DNA of 64,000 nt from assembly GCF_018350175.1 (NCBI RefSeq), contig NC_058368.1, positions 136,092,001 through 136,156,000 on the forward strand, in the 5' to 3' direction. Below are positions 49,829 through 62,694 of this stretch, piece after piece; within the stretch, counting starts at the first letter, position 1; every line of letters begins with the position of its first letter. The stretch comes from Felis catus. Taxonomy: Eukaryota. The notes beneath the pieces are model-generated. The model was not told the DNA's origin, ran no database searches, and was given only the letters and a program-made list of their open reading frames with translations. The position numbers and the translations under genes are program-made.

Positions 49829-52261
49829 CCATGGATTTTTTTTAAACTGAGTACTGGACATTGTGGATGATATGTTTGATAGTGTCTAGATTATGTTTGT
49901 TGGTTTCTTTCCTTTAAAGAGTATTAAGTTCTAAAAGGCAGTTAATATTCTCTCAACTCTCCTTGTTATTGTCAAGGCTTGATTTTAGGCTTTATTAAGG
50001 CAAATCTAGGCTAATCCTTTTTCTAGGTTTTTTTATCTGAACCATAGAAAATCCTTTGAATTAGTTTTCTAAGTTCTCTGAGGACCATCATATTAGTACT
50101 ATTCGAGATGCACAGAAGAGATGGTATAATTCATTACATATCGTGAATGCTTTAGGGCATTAGAATTTAATTCTCATGCTAGAGCCCTGAGTGAGAAAGC
50201 CTGCTCTAAGACTGTGGTCCTTATCTCAAAGCGGTGACTTTTCTGGTGTCTAAAGTAAATGTTTGGGTATTGACTAATAAGTCTTTGCTTTTGTGAGGGC
50301 TAGAATTCTGTCAGCTTGCTCTGTTATGTAACTTCTAGTATCTTTCTTTTCTCATTCCTGGAGTAGTTGTTTTCTACTAGGCCTTAGGCTGTTGGTATGT
50401 GGAACCCAGATATAGACCAAGCACCCATGGACTACTTCCACTAGGCTTGTGAGACTCCTTTTTATATAGCTGTCTTCTCTCTACAACCCCTAAATATTCT
50501 CTAGCTCTTGAGAGCTCTGCTCTCTTTGGCCTTTATCTCCTCTTCATTGTTTAGGGAATTTAGCCCAGAGAGCCATGGTGAACATGGGTACATCTTAGAT
50601 GTTTCCATTCTCTCCAGAAATGTGAAGTTGTAGTTTTACTTTTGCTGTTGTCCATTGTTTGCAAACAGTTGATTCATTTATTTGGTTCAGTAGTAAAGTT
50701 ATTTTTGGTGTGGTTCGATGTGTTGAGTAAGCCTGTAACCAGTTACTTCATCAGAGTCAGTGGTGGAAATTATGGGATTTATTTTACAATCATGAAATTT
50801 AGTTTTCAGTAGTTCCTGCCTGTAAATTCAAGGAATAATATCAATACATTCTTTACAAATGTTTTAAATTGTTCTCAATTACGTTCCTCATTAGGTAAAA
50901 TATGGTATAGTATTGTTTTAGAATTGAATAATGCCTAAAGCTTATTGGCATTTCTCTTAGGATGTTCAATTTAGTGGTTATATAGCCTCTCATTTTTATG
51001 GAGGTAACTTTTGAGGGGATGTTTAAAGAATAATATGATCTTTATGGGAGAAAGATAATGATCCTTGAAAACTTAAGTGTTCTTTACTTGGGAATGAGTT
51101 TTACGAAGAAAATAAAGACTAGAAAAAAAAAGGATAAACTGTAGATGAAAAAATGTTGAAGGCCTATGAAGTTTTTAAAATATGGGCAAGGCTCACCTAA
51201 AGAGTTTAAAGACGCGTGTGCCCTTGAATCATAAACAGTAAGGAAAGCAAGACAGAACTTTAAATAAAGTCAGGTCAGTGGTTAGGTTCTTTCAGAGGGA
51301 AGAAGGGGGCCATGAAGCGCTTCTTTGTTTTGTGATTTTCTCTATTTTTTCTCAATACAAAGTTTGATTTTTGTATTTTCAATAAAAGCTTTTAGACTGA
51401 TCTATAAAAGGGAGAGATTGGTGATTATGCCCTCTCCCAGGATGTAATTGCATGATTTGATAATCTTACAAACAAGCTTATACCTTCACACTTCCTAATG
51501 ACCTTAGTTAGGATGGATTGAACCTTAAACTTTAACCATCTCCATCTTAATGGAGGTAATCTGGAGTGCTACAGGGAATGATGATCTCTGGTGCTCAGAA
51601 AAGCATGAAGAAATGTGCCTTAATATAAAGAAGTCTCTCTTTTTTTTTAAACGTTTGTTTAATTTTGAGAGAGCGTGCACACACACATGTAAGCGAGGGA
51701 GGGGCAGAGAGAGAAGGGGACAGAGGACCAAATGGGTCCTGTGCTGATGGCAGAGAGCCCAATGAAGTCCCTAACCCTGAGATCATGACCTGAGCCAATG
51801 TTGGATGCTTAACCGACTAAGCCACCCAGGTGCCCCAATATAAAGAAGATTCTAAAGATAAACTTGGCCTGACTCAAAAATTTGTTTTCTCACAGTCTCT
51901 CTTCTGTGCCATAAAAAAACATGAGAATAGTAATATGTTTAACTTGATATGAATATATTAGTTTTTAAAGAGTTAATATTAGTTGGCTTAATTGACTACA
52001 GTTTGATTTGTTACCAGGCTAGTTAACTTAATTTTTTTCTATCCTCTGTAACTCTAGCTTCCATTGCTGATTTATGCTGTTGATTATAAGGAGGTTCAGG
52101 GAGCTCAGTGTAGATAATCATCTCTTTTTAAAAAGCTGAAGGTTTAAGTAGCTTGCCTGTTGGCAAAGATGTTATGTACAAGAGAATCATTTGTTATAAG
52201 AATTTTATTTATTTTTGTTTTAGAGAGAGAGAGTGTACAAGCCGGGGGGAAGGGCAGAGGA

Positions 52262-52300
<39 letters not shown>

Positions 52301-52523
52301 GAGAATCCCAAGCAGGCTCCATGCTTCGTGTGAGGCCTGACTCAGGACTTAAGCCCATGACCCTGGGATCATGACCAGAGCCGAAATCAAGAGGCAGACC
52401 CTCAACCAACTGAGCCACCCAGGCAACCCAGAAGTTTTATTGTAATGCTTATTTTTTAACTGTAATCTTCACTTTTTTAATGGGATAAAATTACTATAGG
52501 TTTTTGTTTTCTTTTGTTAACAG

Positions 52524-52578
52524 AATAAATTTAAACGTGAAGAGAAAACAAATGGATGGAGAATAGACAAAGCCTTCC
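52524..52578 (+). CDS. BDP1: BDP1 exon 8 (NKFKREEKTNGWRIDKAF), SANT domain
   Basis: 55 nt; ttaacag| ... C|gtaagt. Confidence 0.96.
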
Positions 52579-55500
52579 GTAAGTATTAAGACCTCTTTTA
52601 TGACATATCACTTGGAGATCTTAAAAAAGGACCAGTTTGGTTCTGGTGTGTTTTAGATTTGTGTTTTCTCTTTATTGTCATAAGAAGAATGAGACTGGAC
52701 ATTTTTCTCTTGAGCAGTGCAGGTCTGGCAGCTGATAACAGATCTATAGACAAGGGATTGGTAAAACATTAAGAAGCAAGTAAGCAGAGTTCTGAGTTCC
52801 AGAAGTTATAGAGGGACTGAAGACACCTTTTCTAAGTGTTTTTTTTTTTTGTTCTGAGTCAACTCTATTCAAGAAGGAATTGTTTCTGGAAGAACTAACA
52901 GTATAGATGATTCCTTCCAGTGGCCAGTCATTCATTCAGTTAATAATAGTAAACTTCTGAGAACTGTTTAATGTTCTAGGCATTGAGGATATAATGGTGA
53001 GCAGAGCAAATGAGAAGTCTGCTTTTAGAGCCTTAAGTCTAATTAGATGTGGAAAAGGATAAAGTCAGTAGTCACCGTTAATTGCAGATAGTGATTAGTT
53101 TCTAAGAAGAAAAAAGGGAGTGAAGAGTGGATATGTAGAATTGGTAGTCAGGGAAGTTTTGTCTGAAAAGGTGGCATTTGAATTTATACCTGAAGGGATG
53201 ATACCTATTTTTCAGCTTTTAAGTAATTGCTTTCCTGCAGTTAACATTTTTTCTTTTTGAGTCCAGAGAAGAATATCAAGGGATCTGTACAAAAAAAGCA
53301 AAATTAAATGTATTGTTTAAAATAGTACCTGTAGAGGCACCCAGCTAGCTCAAACAGAAGAGCATGCAATTTTTGATATTGGGATCAAGCCCCATGTTGA
53401 GTGTAGAGATTACTAAAAAAAAAAAAAAATAAACTTAACAAACAAGAGTTTAAAAAAAATAAAAATAAACCTATATTCCTTGTCTGGAAGATAATTATCA
53501 ATGTTTCATGATAAATGTATTCACTATCCTTTTGCTCTAGTGCTAATCTTTGGAAAAAACCTGAAAAGGGGATTGATGTCATATAGCATGTGTGTTTACC
53601 TTACGAGGAGACCCTGAGATGAGTGGAGTCTACTCACAACGTTGTATTGGGTCTTTAGGGATAGCACTTCTAAGAATAGCTCCTGGAAGATCTGGAGTAT
53701 TTTAGTCTTAAACTTCTATTTTGGAGAGGTGGTCATGAAACTGTTCATTATGTTCAGTGCATTATAATCAGAAAAGAATTCATAAATCCATAAAGTCTTC
53801 ATGGGGTATGGAACCATTGTTAAGACCATTTTAATAGATTATTTTATTTTACTGAAAAAATTTTTAATGTGTATTCTTGAGAGAGGGAGAGAGGTGCAGA
53901 GTGCAAGTTGGGAGGAGCAGACAAAGAGAGGGAGACACAGAATCCCAAGCAGGCTCCACACTGTCAGGACAGAGCCTGACACGGGGCTCGAACCCACAAA
54001 CTGAGAGATCCTTATCTGATCCGAAGTCAGATGCTTAACCGACTCACCATCTAGGCGCCCTGTAATACACAATTTTATTATTGGCTGATTTGGGTGCTTT
54101 GTAGTGGAAAATTAGAAAAAAATTAAACTGCAATTTTTAAAAAAAAAATTTTTTTTTTCAATGTTTATTTATTTTTGGGACAGAGAGAGACAGAGCATGA
54201 ACAGGGGAAGGGCAGAGAGAGAGGGAGACACAGAATCGGGAACAGGTTCCAGGCTCTGAGCCATCAGCCCAGAGCCTGACGCGGGGCTCGAACTCACGGA
54301 CCGCGAGATCATAACCTGGCTGAAGTCGGACGCTTAACCGACTGCGCCACCCAGGCGCCCCTGCAATTTTTTTTTTTAGAACTTATATTTTCAATTTCTC
54401 TGAGAATTTTTTTTAAGTTCATTTTTTTTATTTTGAAAGAGAGCGTGTTCAGGGGAGAGGTGAAGAGAGGTGGCAGGGGAGGATGGTGGAGTAGAGAATC
54501 CCAGCAGGCTCTGCACTGTTAGTGTGGAGCCCATTGTGGGGCTCGAACTTACAAACCTTGAGGTCATGACCTGAGCTGAAATCAAGAGTTGGGCACTTAA
54601 CCAACTGAGCCACTTAGGCGCCCCATTTTAGTTTTTTAAAATTTAATTTAATTTATTATTATTATTATTTTAATGTTTATTTTTGATAGAGACAGAGCAC
54701 ACGTGGGGGAGGGGCAGAGAAAGGGAGAAACAGAATCCAAAGCAGGCTCCAGGCTCCGAGCTGTCGGCACAGAGCCCGATGTGGGGTTCAAACCCACAAA
54801 CTGCGAGATCATGACCTGAGCCGAAGTTGGACGCTTAACCGACTGAGCCACCCAGGTGCCCCCATGGCTCTTTCTGATATAATGACATTGATGGGTATTT
54901 AGTGAGAATGGTCCTGATCAATATTCACTTGCTTCCCTTTTTGCTGATATTTGGAAGATTAAATAGTGAAAGGGTTGTGATGAAGAGAGGACATGAGGTA
55001 GAGAGGCTTTGAGGAGTTAGTCATCTGGTCTTTTCTCAAAGTTGATTTGTAATGTACATACAGTGCAATTTATAGTTTGAGTTTTGACATAGGGTATACT
55101 TGTGCAACCACCACCCAAAACAAGGTATGGAATATTTTCATCGAACAGAAAGGCCCCTCTGTCCCTTTGTAGTCAGTCTCCACAGCTATCCTGATGCAGG
55201 GCAACTGCTATTTTCATTTGAATCACCATAGATTAGTTTTGCTTGTTCTAGAACTTCTTATTCATGGAATCATACAGCATGTGCTCTCTTATGTCTGGCT
55301 TCTTTCAGTCAACATTTTGAGATTTACCTATAATATTGCTTGTATCAGTACATAGTTGTTTTTTTTTGTTTTTTTTTTTCAACGTTTATTTTTGGGACAG
55401 AGAGAGACAGAGCATGAACGGGGGAGGGGCAGAGAGAGAGGGAGACACAGATTCGGAAACAGGCTCCAGGCTCTGAGCCATCAGCCCAGAGCCTGACGTG

Positions 55501-55775
55501 GGGCTCGAACTCACGGACCGCGAGATCGTGACCTGGCTGAAGTCGGACGCTTAACCGACTGCGCCACCCAGGTGCCCCTGTTTTTTAAACTGATGTAACT
55601 TGTTCCTATTTATTGCTCAGTTTTCTTTTGTGAGTCTCTACTACAGTGACTAGAGTTGGTTATCCATTCTCCTAATAAGCCCATTTGCTTTTGATGTATG
55701 GTACTTAACTTGAAAATTCTTTTTCTTTTTTTAAAATATAAACTTGTGGGTTCTTTTTCTCTTTTTTTTAAACAG

Positions 55776-55919
55776 AGGAAAAGCGCCCTTTTGACTTCGA
55801 TTTTTTTGCTCATTTGCTTCAGAAAGTTCTTGCTGAAGAAGAGAAAAGAAAACAAAAATCTGTTAAAAATCAGAGTTCAAAGGAGAAGAAATCTTCTAAA
55901 CCTCGGAAAAACGTAAAAG
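55776..55919 (+). CDS. BDP1: BDP1 exon 9 (QEKRPFDFDFFAHLLQKVLAEEEKRKQK...KPRKNVK)
   Basis: 144 nt; aaacag| ... G|gtattt; phase 1-1. Confidence 0.95.
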
Positions 55920-56872
55920 GTATTTAAAAGAAACCGTGTTCTATTATTTAATAGTGATACACTTGGAATATTGTCTCTCGAGTCTTTGAGTATTCCTCTG
56001 TAGTTCGGGTAGTTGAGATCATCAGGGCATCCATTTGGGGAGACTTGATTTTTCTTCAGTCTTTCAGTTATCTGGCCTAAAATAGCACTTCCTTTTAAAT
56101 TTAATAATTTGCATGGTTGGGCTATTTGACGTCTTTCTTGCTTCTAGAGTGTTGTTGTAGCTAATAAAAGAGCACTGGAATTTGGGGGTGTCATGTTTGG
56201 TTACTTACTATCATTTTCCTTTCTAAAACAAACCTGACACAAAGTTCTAATGTTTAAAAAATGGAACTCTGATACTTTTGCTTGTGACTGAATTGCATTG
56301 TTTGAGCACAGTTTATTTCTCAGGGTTAGTGTTGATTGGTGCTAGGTAGAAACTTGTGTATATATAGGCATTTCTATTTTTAGGCAAATATTTTCTTGAT
56401 TCTTTGAATTCTGATCTAGGAGGATAATGTTTAGTTACATCAAGTACTTTATTTAAAAATTTTTTTTTTTTTTAATTTTTTTTTTCAACATTTTTTATTT
56501 ATTTTTGGGACAGAGAGAGACAGAGCATGAACGGGGGAGGGGCAGAGAGAGAGGGAGACACAGAATCGGAAACAGGCTCCAGGCTCTGAGCCATCAGCCC
56601 AGAGCCCGACGCGGGGCTCGAACTCTCGGACCGCGAGATCGTGACCTGGCTGAAGTCAGACGCTTAACCGACTGCGCCACCCAGGCGCCCCAAGTTACAT
56701 CAAGTAGTTTAAAGAATCATGGAACTATGGGGAAATTTTTATGTTAGGTTGTTCACATCCCAGACCCTATCCACATGTTTTAGTCACTTGGAAACAGCCC
56801 TGGAGATCTTGTTAACTCTCCCTATGGTCTCACAGTTTAAGTATTGACAGATGTAGGACTCAAACCTAGGGC

Positions 56873-57438
56873 TGTGAGAGCCTGCTTTGGGGGTCTGCAA
56901 GACTAATGCGAGGTTGGATTATTTGCTAGGAGACTCAAAAGATGCAGTGTATGGTTTTACACCAGCTGAGATTTCTTACAGTGAAAGGCTACGGAACAGA
57001 ATTAGCAAAGGGAGAAGATACATGGCTCAAAGTCTAGGAAAATCCAGGTACAAGCTTACAAGAGTCCTCTCTCCTAGAGTCCCACAGGAAGTGCTTCATT
57101 TCTGTAGCAACAAGTTAATGATGAGATAGATAAAAAGTTGTCTGCCAGCTTTCTTGTTAGAAACTGAGGGTCCAAGGTTTTTATTGGAGGCTAGCAATGT
57201 AGACACCCTCTGCCTGGCACATATCAGAATTTGGAACTCCCAAAATGAAAGCAGTTGTTCAGCGTAAACCATAGTGTTGGTACAGACGTTTTAGGCACAC
57301 CGGGCCACTTTTGTCAGGCTGGTGTGAATTCTCCCCAAACCTATGTTTCCAGACACAGCCTAAGGGTCAACATTTTAATCAGGCCTTTCAAGGGATGGCT
57401 GCTGCAGCCTGCCTGCTGCATTAATTGTCTTCTGCACA
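56873..57438 (-). mobile_element. Solo ERVL-class LTR, MER68/MER77-like
   Basis: TG...CA termini; the - strand begins tgtgcagaagacaattaatgcagcaggc, like these LTR families as recalled. Confidence 0.65.
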
Positions 57439-58870
57439 GAGCAGTCCAGCATTTCTTTTCTTGGAACATGATGTCTCTATCTTTTTAAAAACAGTGTTGG
57501 TAAGTATAAAATTATTACATTTTTTAGTTTTTTTTTTTTTTTTACCTTTTATGGCCCTGGGAAACTAAAATAGATATATTAACATGATTATTATGTTATA
57601 GGTCATATCATAAATAACATGTGTTTTATTTAATGTGAGAACTTTTTATAGTTTTTTATAACAAGTCTCAGAATTTAAAAATTGCTGATTATTATTCTGA
57701 TAGGAAATCCAGTGTTCTCAGTTGTAAATTCTTGTTTTGACTTTTTTTTTTTAACAAATTAAATGATGTTAATTTTATTATTTTTTAAGATTAGGGTTTT
57801 TTTTTTGTTTTTAAGACTAGATATTTTTAGAGATGTCTTGATCAACAGTTGTTGTGAAGTTTGCTTTTGGTTGATGTCTCCATGGTGATTTCTCATTTCT
57901 TTTTTTAAATTTTACATATTTTTATCTTTTGATGCAGTTGACTATTAATATGTCTTCATTAAAAGGGTATTTTAAAAATTGTTTAAAATTGTTTAAAATA
58001 TTGTCTAAAAATTTTTTTTTTTTTTTCTTCAACGTTTATTCATTTTTGGGACAGAGAGAGACAGAGCATGAACGGGGGAGGGGCAGAGAGAGAGGGAGAC
58101 ACAGAATCGGAAACAGGCTTCCAGGCTCCGAGCCATCAGCCCAGAGCCTGATGCGGGGCTCGAACTCACGGACCGCGAGATCGTGACCCGGCTGAAGTCG
58201 GACGCTTAACCGACTGCGCCACCCAGGCGCCCCTGTTTTTTTTTTTTTGAGAGAGAGAGAATCTTAAGCAGGGTCCCTGTTCAGCGGTGAGGCCGAAGCA
58301 GGGCTTGATCCCACAACCCGGGATCATGACCTGAGCTGAAATCAAGAGTTGTATACTTACCACCCAAGCTACCCTGAAAATATTTGTTAGAAAGGGTTTT
58401 CAGATGCCCCTGAAAATATTTGTTAGAAAGGGTTGTTCATTGAAAAACAAATAATACAGAAAATGGCGAATTCTCTTTCCTACCCTGCCTTCAAATCAAA
58501 TTGTCCAGATTTTCTAGGGATAACTGTTAATAAACACTTCTATTGAAGTATATGTGTGTCTTAGAGGATATGTAATTGTTTTTGCTTAATAAAAATGAGA
58601 TCATAATCTATATGTTCTCTGCAACTTGAGTTTTTTGTGCAAAAATACCTTTTGAAATCTTTTACATTACTACTTACAAGCCTACCTCATTATTATTTGT
58701 TATGTGGATTTTTATACCATAAATGTGTTACAGCTTCTTTAGTCCCAATTGGGTATTTTAGGTTGTCTTCAAAGTTTTGCCCAGATATCCCTGAGTATTT
58801 ATCTTCTTCATCTTTAAGATTTTTCTGTAGGTTATTTATATGTTTATAACAGTATCTTTTATTTTCAAAG

Positions 58871-59155
58871 CAAAAAAAGTTGCCAGTGAAGGAGGAAATG
58901 ATGATCCAGATGAGTCTCTGAGCAGCAAAATTTCAGATACAGAACAGTCTCAAAAGGACGCTCAAACGGGTGAAGAAGAACAACAGTCTCAGACTTTACC
59001 AGAACAGGATTCAGAACAGATTGCATTAGAAACAGACCTAAATCAAAAGAAAAGAAGAAGAAAGAATCAGGATGAAACTGGTAAACAGGAAGTAAAGAAT
59101 CTTTCAGGAAATGCCACTGTTCAGTTAGATCATTCTAAAGGAGAAAAATACATAA
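58871..59155 (+). CDS. BDP1: BDP1 exon 10 (AKKVASEGGNDDPDES...SKGEKYI)
   Basis: 285 nt; ttttcaaag| ... A|gtaagt; phase 1-1; contains basic KKRRRK. Confidence 0.93.
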
Positions 59156-59502
59156 GTAAGTTTCTTACATGTATTGATAGTCCCTATATAACTTGAGAAG
59201 ACATGTACTGTCAGGATGTATGTAATTTAAATGCTTCTGAGTAGCAGTGATTAATAACGCTTAAATTCTACAAACTGCCCAGGAAATTTGGGCTGATCTA
59301 TAAAACACAGTTAAAATTTATACAGTTGTGAGTTGACTAAATTTTCATAAATGTTCTAAAATTAAGATCTCTGCCTTGGATATTGGAAATTGTGGAATAG
59401 ATTAATGATTTGTAGGAATAGACTGTTTTATGTAAATTCCTGTGTGCTTTAAAAAGTGGATGTTTTCATTTTTTTAGAATAACATGCATTTTGTATTCAT
59501 AG

Positions 59503-59650
59503 ATAACAGTCAGTCTTTAAGGCCTGAGATGAATGAAGATGAAGGCAATAAGGAACAGAAGCTTTCTTGCATACAAAATATAGATGACATTGTGGATTTA
59601 TCCTCCAGTGAAAAAGTTGAGAAAAGAACTGATCCTGTGCTTTTATCGAG
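59503..59650 (+). CDS. BDP1: BDP1 exon 11 (NNSQSLRPEMNE...EKVEKRTDPVLLS); later exons lie beyond the window
   Basis: 148 nt; ttcatag| ... AG|gtattc; cumulative CDS 1646 nt with no stops. Confidence 0.9.
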
Positions 59651-62600
59651 GTATTCTCTATACCTTTACTGACTTTGTCTACATCTTCTGTAAGTTACTG
59701 AATGGGGAGTGTGACATCTCCAGCTGTAATTATGAATTTGCCTATTGTTCTTCCGAGTTCTATTTGTTTTCATGACTTTTGAAGCTCTCTTACTAGGTGC
59801 GTACATATTTAGGATTGTTGTATCTTCTTGGTGAAATTACCCTTTATCATTTGTGGATATCATTCTGATACTGCTCTTTGTTCTGAAGCTTAACTTTGCT
59901 ACAGCTGTCTTTCGGTTAGTGTTTGCATGGGCTTATCATTTTTTGTAAAGATTTTCTCTTTATTTTTGGTTTTTAGTAGTTTGAATGTGTATATCCTGCT
60001 GAGTTTGTTTTTTTAAAATGTGGTAAAAAGCATGTGAGATGTGCTGTCCTAACAAGTTGATAATTTCTTTTTAGTGTCATTCATTTTTGAGAGAGAGAGA
60101 CAGAGTGTGAGTGGGGGAGGGGCAGAGAGGGAGACAGGGAATCCGAAGCAGGCATTAATCAGGCTCTGAGCTGTCAGCACAGAACCTGACACGGGGCTGG
60201 AACCCACAAACTGTGAGATCATGATCTGAGCCAAAGTCAGACACTTAAGTGTCTGAGCCACCCAGGTGCCCTGGTCCTAACAAGTTTTTATTTTTATTTT
60301 TACTATTTTTATTTTTATTTATTTATTGATTTATTTTTAATGTTTATTTATTTTTGAGACAGAGAGAGACAGAGCATGAACGGGGGAGGGTCAGAGAGAG
60401 GGAGACACAGAATCTGAAACAGGCTCCAGGCTCTGAGCTGTCAGCACAGAGCCCGACGCGGGGCTCGAACTAACGGACCGCGAGATCGTGACCTGAGCCG
60501 AAGTCGGCTGCTCAACCGACTGAGCCACCCAGGCGCCCCCTAACAAGTTTTTAAATTGCGTAGTAGAGTATTATAAACTATTAGCAAGGTGTTGTACATA
60601 AGATTTCTAGACCTTTTCATCTTGTATGACAGATACATTCTATAAATTGAGTAACAACTCTGCTTCCATTTTAACCCCAGTCCCTGGCTGCCATCCTTCT
60701 ACTTTCTGTTTCTGTGAGTTGGGTTTGTTTAGATACATCATATAAGTGGAATCATACAGTATTTGTCTTTCTGCGATTGGCATATTTCACCTTGCATAAT
60801 GTTTCGAAGTTTCACCTGTGTTGCAGCATGTGACACTATTTCCTTCTTTCTTTGTGGCCAAATAATATTCCATTGTACGTATATATCACATTTTCCTGTT
60901 TCACTTCTCTCTCCATGACCATTTAGATTGTCTCCATCTCTTGGCTATTTTATTTTCTTAATAAGTTATATTGCTTTTATGTTTTTTTGAGAGAGAGAAA
61001 GCATGCACATGTACAGGGGAGGGCCAGAGGGAGGAGAGAATCTTAAGCAGGCTCCACCCTCAGTGTGTAGCCTAACACAGGGCTCAGTCTCATGACCATG
61101 AGATCATGACCTGAGTGGAAATCAGGAGTTGGACACTTAACCCACTGAGCCACCCAGGAGCCCCTCTGTGCTATTTGATTTGATTTGATTTTTTATTAAA
61201 AAAATTTTTTTTAATGTTTATTCTTTTTGAGAGACAGAGATAGAGCATGAGTGGGGAGGGGGCAGAGAGAGGGAGACACAGAATCCGAAACAGGCTCCAG
61301 GCTCTGAGCTGTCAGCACAGAGCTCGACGTGGGGCTCGAACTCACAAGCTGCGAGATCCTGACCTGAGCCGAAATCAGATGTTCAATCAACTGAACCACC
61401 CAGGCGCGCCCCTCTTTGCTATTTTAAATAGTGCTATGATAAATTTGGGGATGCAGATATCTCTTTGAACTCCTGTTTTAATTTCTTCTAGATGTATACC
61501 CAGAAGAGGGATTGCTGAATCATAGGATAGTTCTATTTAAAATTTTTTTTTTAAGATTTTACTTTCTTTAAAATACTGTCTACCCCCAGCGTGGGGCTCA
61601 AACTCACAACCAGGAGATCAAGAATCGCATGCTCTACTGACTGAGCTAGCCAGGTGGCCCTGTATGTTTAATTTTTTTGAGGAGCGTTAACACTTGTTCA
61701 TAGTGGCTGTGCTATTTTACATTCCTGAGCCAGCAGTACACAAACATACCAGTTTTCTGTAAACTGGTTTTCATTACCAACACTTGTTATTTTGTGTTTT
61801 CTTTATTTGTGTTTGATAATGGTTATTCAGACATTTGAGGTGATACCTCATTGTGGGTTTGATTTGCATTTCCATGATTAGTGATGTTGAAGATATTTAC
61901 ATATCCCTGTTGGCCTTTTGTATGGCTTTGAAAAAATTCTGTTCAGTCCTTTTTCATATTTTTTAATTACGTTATTTTCTTTGAATTATAGGGATTTAAT
62001 GTTTTTTTTAATGTTTATTTTGAGAGAGAGAGTGTGTGTTCTTGTGCGCGCATAAGCTGGAGAGGAGCAGAGAGAGAAAGAGGGAGAATCCCAAGCAGTC
62101 TCCACGCTGTCAGTGTGGAGCCTGACGTGGGGCTATATCTCATGATGGTGAGATCATGACCCAAGTGGAAATCAAGAGTCAAATGCTCAACTGACTGAGC
62201 CACCCACTCACTCCTAGGCATTCCTTTTATATTTTGGGTATTAAATTAACAGATAAATGGTTTGCAAATATTTTCTCCCATTCCACAGGTTGTCTTTTGA
62301 CTTAGTTGATGATTTCCTTTGTTGTGCTGAAGGTTTTTAGTTTCATGTTCCACTTGTCTGTCTGTGGTAGTTTGTTCATACAATTCGGAAGGTTAATACT
62401 TTCTTTGAAGCTGAGTCATGGCTCTTGGGTGCTTAATTTTCTAGGTGACAGACATCTAAATTATGGTTTCTGAGACACAACTTAATTTCATAAACTACAC
62501 ACAAAAAATACTGATGCCTTTTAGAGGACAAACAACCCTGTAATGACTGTTAAGATCCTGTTTTTTTAAAACAGTGAGCTGATTCTAAAATTATTATCTA

Positions 62601-62694
62601 CACAAGATTGAACGGTCATGAGTGGTAAAGACAATTTGAAAAACAACAGTTCTGGAGAGGAAATATATTAATACTTTAAAGCTAGAATAATTAT

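Larger units (their letters stand above)
51640..56690. mobile_element. SINECs in BDP1 introns 7-9 (- at ~51640, 52203, 53855, 54135, 54400, 54640, 55357, 56450; + at ~53336; span also contains exons 8-9)
   Basis: SINEC bodies; TSDs aatataaagaag, ctgcaattttt, agttacatcaagta. Confidence 0.86.
58010..62225 (-). mobile_element. Antisense SINECs (starts ~58010, 58236, 60065, 60290, 60975, 61190, 61545, 62000) among old L1M fragments; span also contains exons 10-11
   Basis: SINEC bodies; TSD cctaacaagtt. Confidence 0.85.
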
